From contig PWLL01000099.1 of the NCBI GenBank assembly GCA_003559395.1, forward strand, positions 1 to 12,160: 12,160 nt of DNA. The letters run 5' to 3'. Source of the stretch: Candidatus Iainarchaeum sp. GTDB taxonomy: Archaea; Iainarchaeota; Iainarchaeia; Iainarchaeales; CSSED10-239. Of the stretch, positions 9,005 through 12,160 are shown piece after piece. The translations under genes and the position numbers were made by a program. The stretch's first letter is position 1, and each line of letters opens with the position of its first letter. Under the pieces are notes generated by a model. That model ran no database searches. It was not told where the DNA came from and worked only from the letters and a program-made list of their open reading frames with translations.

Positions 9005-9541
9005 TTATTCCTCCGTTACTCCTACAACAACTTTTGCAGGCATTATTAATTTATTTTCTAATAAATAACCATCTTCTAAAACTTCAATGACTTTGTTATT
9101 TTTGTTAGGGTCATCTACATTTTTCTTAAAAACACACTCACAAAAATTAAAATCAAAAGTTTTACCTAAACAATCTATTTTTTTTAGATTTTGTCTTTGT
9201 AAAACCTTATCATAATTTTTAAGTAGATGTGAGATGTTTTCTTTACATTTTTCATTATTCTCTTTTTGAAAAGCTTGTTTTAAAGTATTTCTAAACTTTA
9301 AAAATTCTAAAAGTGTTTTTTGTTTACCAACAAACAAACATTCTTGATTTTCTTTATCTATTCTTTTTTTGTAGTTTTGAAAATCTGCTTGAGTTCTTTG
9401 TAATAAAGAAAGATATTCTTTTGATTTTACTTCCTCATCTTTTAGTTTTTTAGAAATGTCATCTATATCTTTTTCTAGTTTATTTTGTAGAGACTCGTTT
9501 GTTTCTTGAGAAACGTTGTTTTCATTATCTTCACTATTCAT
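9005..9541 (-). CDS. grpE: Nucleotide exchange factor GrpE
   Basis: Acidic N-terminus. Long coiled-coil region ([26 protein letters not shown], compare the GrpE motif R-x-x-A-(D/E)-F-x-N-(Y/F)-(K/R)-(K/R)-R). C-terminal beta domain (GKTFDFNF...[18 protein letters not shown]). Position upstream of dnaK also fits. The ORF track starts at a GTG at 9550, but that GTG is part of a GTGAT SD-like motif 4 nt upstream of ATG 9541, so I prefer 9541. The usual FDP-x-x-H-x-A block is diverged to FDFNFCECV. Confidence 0.85.
   Translation of the reverse strand: MNSEDNENNVSQETNESLQNKLEKDIDDISKKLKDEEVKSKEYLSLLQRTQADFQNYKKRIDKENQECLFVGKQKTLLEFLKFRNTLKQAFQKENNEKCKENISHLLKNYDKVLQRQNLKKIDCLGKTFDFNFCECVFKKNVDDPNKNNKVIEVLEDGYLLENKLIMPAKVVVGVTEE
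9010..9014 (-). promoter_or_regulatory. Strong Shine-Dalgarno GGAGG, 7 nt upstream of the dnaK ATG and inside the 3' end of grpE
   Basis: The minus strand reads GTAACGGAGGAATAAATATG. The grpE stop (9005-9007) and the dnaK ATG (9000-9002) are 2 nt apart, consistent with translational coupling. Confidence 0.6.
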
Positions 9542-9595
9542 AAATATCACGTATTTTTCTTAAACAGAAATATTTTGTTTGAAAAATTGTTTGGT

Positions 9596-9604
9596 TATAT
9601 AAAA
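9596..9604 (-). promoter_or_regulatory. Candidate archaeal TATA box (TTTTATATA on the minus strand) for grpE-dnaK-dnaJ
   Basis: It lies about 55-60 nt upstream of the grpE ATG. The predicted TSS is near 9574, leaving a roughly 33-nt leader that contains the GTGAT SD-like motif (9546-9550). Confidence 0.35.
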
Positions 9605-9660
9605 TAAGAATGAAACAAAAATCTTAAAACACTTTTGGCAAAAACTTTTTAAAGGTTTTC

Positions 9661-9697
9661 TTTTTCTCTTGTTTTTTGGTGTTTTTTCTGATTTTTT
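9661..9697. repeat. Helically phased T-tracts (T5, T6, T6, T6 starting at 9661, 9672, 9682, 9692)
   Basis: Read directly from the sequence: tttttctcttgttttttggtgttttttctgatttttt, with 10-11 nt spacing. They lie immediately downstream of the JAMM stop (9700-9702) and about 60-100 nt upstream of the grpE TATA candidate. Phased A/T tracts cause intrinsic DNA curvature. Confidence 0.5.
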
Positions 9698-9699
9698 AA

Positions 9700-10098
9700 C
9701 TATACAACATCAATTGTAATTGCCTCTCCTTTTTTGTTATATACTTTATAACATGAAAGATCGTAAGGATAATAAAAAATAATATTTATTTGTTTTCCTC
9801 TAAAAAAAGAAACATCAGCATAAGACGGACTTCCGTTTCCAGAAGGATGCGAATGAACTGAGCCAATAACTTTTAAAGTCATGGGTGCCAGGTTTGGTTT
9901 TATAAAAGCAGCTCTTGAATAGTTTTTTGTTGCAGGAATAATATATATATCATCAATAACAAACGACGCACCAGCTAAAAACGCAGCAAACTCTCTTGGA
10001 TAATAGTGTTTAGAAAACTCCATTATAGATTCTAAAACCCTTTTCTTAATAGTCCATGTTTTTTTAAGAACTTTTTTCTTTTTTAAAAAGTCAATCAT
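9700..10098 (-). CDS. Minimal JAMM/MPN+ zinc metalloprotease (AfJAMM / HvJAMM-like, COG1310-type)
   Basis: 132 aa. Complete JAMM motif E36 (PREFAAFL) ... H82-S-H84-PSGNGSP-S92-YA-D95, i.e. HxHx7Sx2D, encoded at 9814-9855. The C-terminal YYPYDLSCYKVYNKKGEAITIDVV resembles my recollection of Archaeoglobus AF2198 (AfJAMM). The ATG overlaps the upstream stop as ATGA (10095-10098). Confidence 0.85.
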   Translation of the reverse strand: MIDFLKKKKVLKKTWTIKKRVLESIMEFSKHYYPREFAAFLAGASFVIDDIYIIPATKNYSRAAFIKPNLAPMTLKVIGSVHSHPSGNGSPSYADVSFFRGKQINIIFYYPYDLSCYKVYNKKGEAITIDVV

Positions 10099-11291
10099 AT
10101 ATAATATAATAAAGTAGGAATCATTATATAAGACATTAGTATAACTCTTCTTTTGTTATAGATTATAGGCAAAAAACCAATACACGAGCTTATAAAAATA
10201 AAAACTAAAGAAAAATAACCAGAAACAGAAACAACAAGCACTAAAGAAAAAATATAGACTATAACATTAATAACTCTTAGTTTTGTTTTGTTAACAATAT
10301 ATATAAAATCATCTAAAAAAAACAAAACTAAAAGAATAACAAACATAGCACTAATAAAAACAACAAACCCAAAAATAACAAAATCAACATTTCCAAAAAC
10401 AACATCTGTTGATCTTAATACAACAATATAACCAAGACGAGATTTATAGAAAGTAAAAGCTAAGAAAAAAGAAAATATTAAAGAGCTTATAGAAATGGAT
10501 GCAAACAAAACAATATACTCTAAAGAAGAAAGATTGTTTTTTATTTTAGAAATTATGATTCCTGCTTGTGCAGAACTAAAAGAAGGCAACAAAATAATAA
10601 ACAAAGAAACAAAAGAGCCTAAAAATGAAAGAAAAAAAGGAGGACTTATTTCATCTACTTCTTCTTTTTGTATAATTTGTTTTTGCTTCTTAAAACAAGA
10701 GATTAATAAAAAAGGACTTGCAAACAAACCAAAAATACAAACCAATAAAGGTTCTTTTAAAAAATAACTTATGTTTAAAGTTAAAATACCTAAACTGCCA
10801 GAGAAAATAATGATTGATAAAACAACCATCTTTTGTAGAAGTTTCTTTTCTTCAAACACAAACATGATTAATACAAACAACAACGCAGAATATATAAAAA
10901 ACGAAAAAGAACCAAGCACATTAAAAAACAGAAATAATATTGGCAACAACAATAAAGCACCACAAACACCTAAAAAACAACCAAGCATACACAAAAAAAT
11001 AGCAAACTTAGCTTTACCTTCTAGAAACAATTTGTGTGTGGGAAAAATAGACAAGATATTTTGATCATTGGGTATGCCAAACAAACAACAAGGAACAAAA
11101 CTAGTAATCATCTGAGCAACAGAAATAGATATGAAAAAAAAAAGATGTTGAGGATAGATGGCAAAAAACCCAAAAGAAAGAAACAAAAAACCAATTGTGT
11201 TTATGTGTAGGCTTGGAAAAAGGCCAAGCAAAAAACCAATCACACTTCCAAAAATAATTTCAAAGATTAACACGATAAACCCTATCGACAA
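10095..11291 (-). CDS. Polytopic membrane protein, TctA/DUF112-like (putative permease large subunit)
   Basis: 398 aa, about 10-12 hydrophobic spans. GFLLGLFPSLHINT and a second-half echo LLPSFSSAQAGIIIS resemble the duplicated G-x-(L/I)-P-G motif of the TctA family. FGIPNDQNILSIFPTHKLFLEGKAKFAI resembles the TctA block IPGE...DG...G-(R/K)-A-x-x-AL. The called start is a TTG at 11291. An in-frame GTG at 11273 is an alternative. The family assignment (about 0.45) is weaker than the CDS call. Confidence 0.8.
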   Translation of the reverse strand: MSIGFIVLIFEIIFGSVIGFLLGLFPSLHINTIGFLFLSFGFFAIYPQHLFFFISISVAQMITSFVPCCLFGIPNDQNILSIFPTHKLFLEGKAKFAIFLCMLGCFLGVCGALLLLPILFLFFNVLGSFSFFIYSALLFVLIMFVFEEKKLLQKMVVLSIIIFSGSLGILTLNISYFLKEPLLVCIFGLFASPFLLISCFKKQKQIIQKEEVDEISPPFFLSFLGSFVSLFIILLPSFSSAQAGIIISKIKNNLSSLEYIVLFASISISSLIFSFFLAFTFYKSRLGYIVVLRSTDVVFGNVDFVIFGFVVFISAMFVILLVLFFLDDFIYIVNKTKLRVINVIVYIFSLVLVVSVSGYFSLVFIFISSCIGFLPIIYNKRRVILMSYIMIPTLLYYI

Positions 11292-11637
11292 TTATTTGTG
11301 GAGTATTGTTGTAGATAGTGTATTTTCCAACAACCTTTAGGTGTGTGTTGTTAAAGATAGTTTGTTTTTGAAAATCCTTTATGTTAAAAACAACACAAAG
11401 AATACATGTTGAGCCTGTGCAAAGGTCAAAGAAAAGATGCTCGTTTCTGTGTTCTATGTTTCTTACAGTGCCTTGTAAACTAGTTGTTTTTTCTAAAAAA
11501 TCATTTGAATCTTTAACGTGTAAAAAATCATAAACTGAAAAAGTTTCTAACTCATAATAATAAGTATAAATTAATAATAAAAACAAACTAGAAAAAGCAC
11601 AAACAATCACTAACAACCTAAAAGCTTTCATCTCCAT
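11260..11637 (-). CDS. Membrane-anchored OB-fold protein (tRNA_anti / nucleic-acid-binding-type OB), predicted extracytoplasmic
   Basis: 125 aa. N-terminal K/R followed by a hydrophobic span (MEMKAFRLLVIVCAFSSLFLLLIY) suggests N-in topology. Then a pattern typical of single OB folds: LQGTVRNIEHRNEHLFFDLCTGSTCILCVVFN...HLKVVGKYTIYNNTPQIIVDRVYRV. Starts at an ATG 8 nt after the upstream stop. The 3' end overlaps the next gene by 32 nt (14 nt if that gene starts at GTG 11273). Confidence 0.7.
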   Translation of the reverse strand: MEMKAFRLLVIVCAFSSLFLLLIYTYYYELETFSVYDFLHVKDSNDFLEKTTSLQGTVRNIEHRNEHLFFDLCTGSTCILCVVFNIKDFQKQTIFNNTHLKVVGKYTIYNNTPQIIVDRVYRVNL

Positions 11638-11645
11638 AAAAAAAG

Positions 11646-12137
11646 TTATTTTTTAATAATAGAAATAACTTTCTGTGAAGATTTTTGTAAAAATAAGTTT
11701 TTTAAAGAAAAGATCACAACATCTCCTTTCTTTACTTGCTTTCTAGTATTTAAGGTGGTTATTTTTTTTCTGTAAAAAGCATCTTTTATGTTAATTGTTA
11801 TTTGTTGGTTGTTTTTTTTAACAACAACTCCATAACTAAACCTAAATAAAATATATTTAAGATACAAAAACAAAACTAACAAACAAAACATAAAAAGAAT
11901 AAAATAAAAAGAAGTAATATAATTTAATAACAAAAACAATACAGAAAAAACAACTAACCCATAAGAAACAAACAAAAACTTACTTTTGTTATACACATAA
12001 TTTGGTTTTGATTTTAAGATATATAAAAACAAAAGGACAATAAACAATAACTTTACAGACAAATGGTTTTGTATAAAAACATTTATGATTAAAGAAAGAA
12101 AAAATATAAACTCAATAAACAATAAATCTTTATCCAT
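11646..12137 (-). CDS. Hypothetical 4-TM membrane protein with a basic, beta-rich C-terminal domain (possibly NfeD-C-like)
   Basis: 163 aa. Four hydrophobic spans with a K-rich loop between TM2 and TM3. The roughly 60-aa C-terminal tail, YGVVVKKNNQQITINIKDAFYRKKITTLNTRKQVKKGDVVIFSLKN, alternates like a small beta-barrel. ATG start. No confident family match from memory. Confidence 0.6.
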   Translation of the reverse strand: MDKDLLFIEFIFFLSLIINVFIQNHLSVKLLFIVLLFLYILKSKPNYVYNKSKFLFVSYGLVVFSVLFLLLNYITSFYFILFMFCLLVLFLYLKYILFRFSYGVVVKKNNQQITINIKDAFYRKKITTLNTRKQVKKGDVVIFSLKNLFLQKSSQKVISIIKK

Positions 12138-12160
12138 AAGTTATCAATCATAAGTAAATG

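Noticed and set aside
8515-9090. 191-aa plus-strand ORF antisense to the dnaK 5' region and the grpE 3' end
   Set aside because: It lies entirely within two strongly supported minus-strand genes. Long antisense shadow ORFs are a known artefact of Hsp70 codon structure. The protein is low-complexity (A/S/F/L-rich) with no recognisable motif.
9551-9699. The largest intergenic region, considered as a CIRCE/HrcA operator, a small RNA gene or a replication origin
   Set aside because: There is no match to TTAGCACTC-N9-GAGTGCTAA. There is no tRNA-like or GC-supported secondary structure. There are no ORB-like repeated elements and no adjacent orc1/cdc6. A terminator plus promoter region with phased T-tracts explains it better.
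10495-11340. Plus-strand ORFs 10495-10767, 10771-11064 and 11158-11340, with K/N-rich translations
   Set aside because: They are shadows of the T-rich (F/L/I-encoding) membrane-protein gene on the minus strand. The translations are low-complexity lysine/asparagine strings.
11260-11637. TM-anchored OB fold considered as the cytochrome c heme chaperone CcmE
   Set aside because: The topology is similar, but the C-terminal heme-binding histidine motif is absent and no other ccm genes are present. The fold pattern fits a generic tRNA_anti-type OB better.
11638-11644. T7 run on the minus strand between the 163-aa gene stop and the OB-fold gene ATG, considered as an internal terminator or attenuator
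   Set aside because: The 8-nt gap leaves no room for a new promoter, so the downstream genes must be read through. It is probably just an AT-rich spacer. I note it only as a caveat against over-interpreting oligo-T tracts elsewhere.

Overview
The window is a very AT-rich, tightly packed archaeal segment. Intergenic gaps are 0-150 nt and several genes overlap. Both subunits of the archaea-specific replicative polymerase PolD are present, which rules out bacteria and Crenarchaeota. The compaction and divergent K/N/I-rich proteins suggest a reduced-genome, DPANN-like or other low-GC euryarchaeal lineage; this taxonomic placement is inference only.

Plus strand (1-5956):
- a NOG1-class GTPase, probably 5'-truncated by the window edge
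- a small UPF0147-like protein
- PolD small subunit DP1
- PolD large subunit DP2, which ends in a canonical PIP box

Minus strand (5958-12137):
- a bacterial-type grpE-dnaK-dnaJ chaperone operon, converging on polD with 1 nt between the two stop codons
- upstream of it, a four-gene membrane-associated cluster: a 4-TM protein with a basic C-terminal beta-rich domain, a TM-anchored OB-fold protein, a TctA/DUF112-like polytopic membrane protein, and a minimal AfJAMM-type JAMM/MPN+ metalloprotease

I saw no rRNA, tRNA, CRISPR array, transposase or intein.

The most interesting candidate is the overlapping membrane-protein/JAMM cluster. No ubiquitin-like or E1 partner for the JAMM is visible in the window.

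Secondary observations:
- UPF0147 and DP1 are in the same frame, separated by a single TAA.
- An A7GT/ACT7 inverted repeat is embedded in the PIP-box codons at the convergent junction.
- The grpE upstream region has helically phased T-tracts, and an imperfect palindrome over the predicted transcription start.
- The NOG1-like GTPase has a degenerate G4 motif.

All family assignments come from motif recognition by eye. None has been checked against a database.
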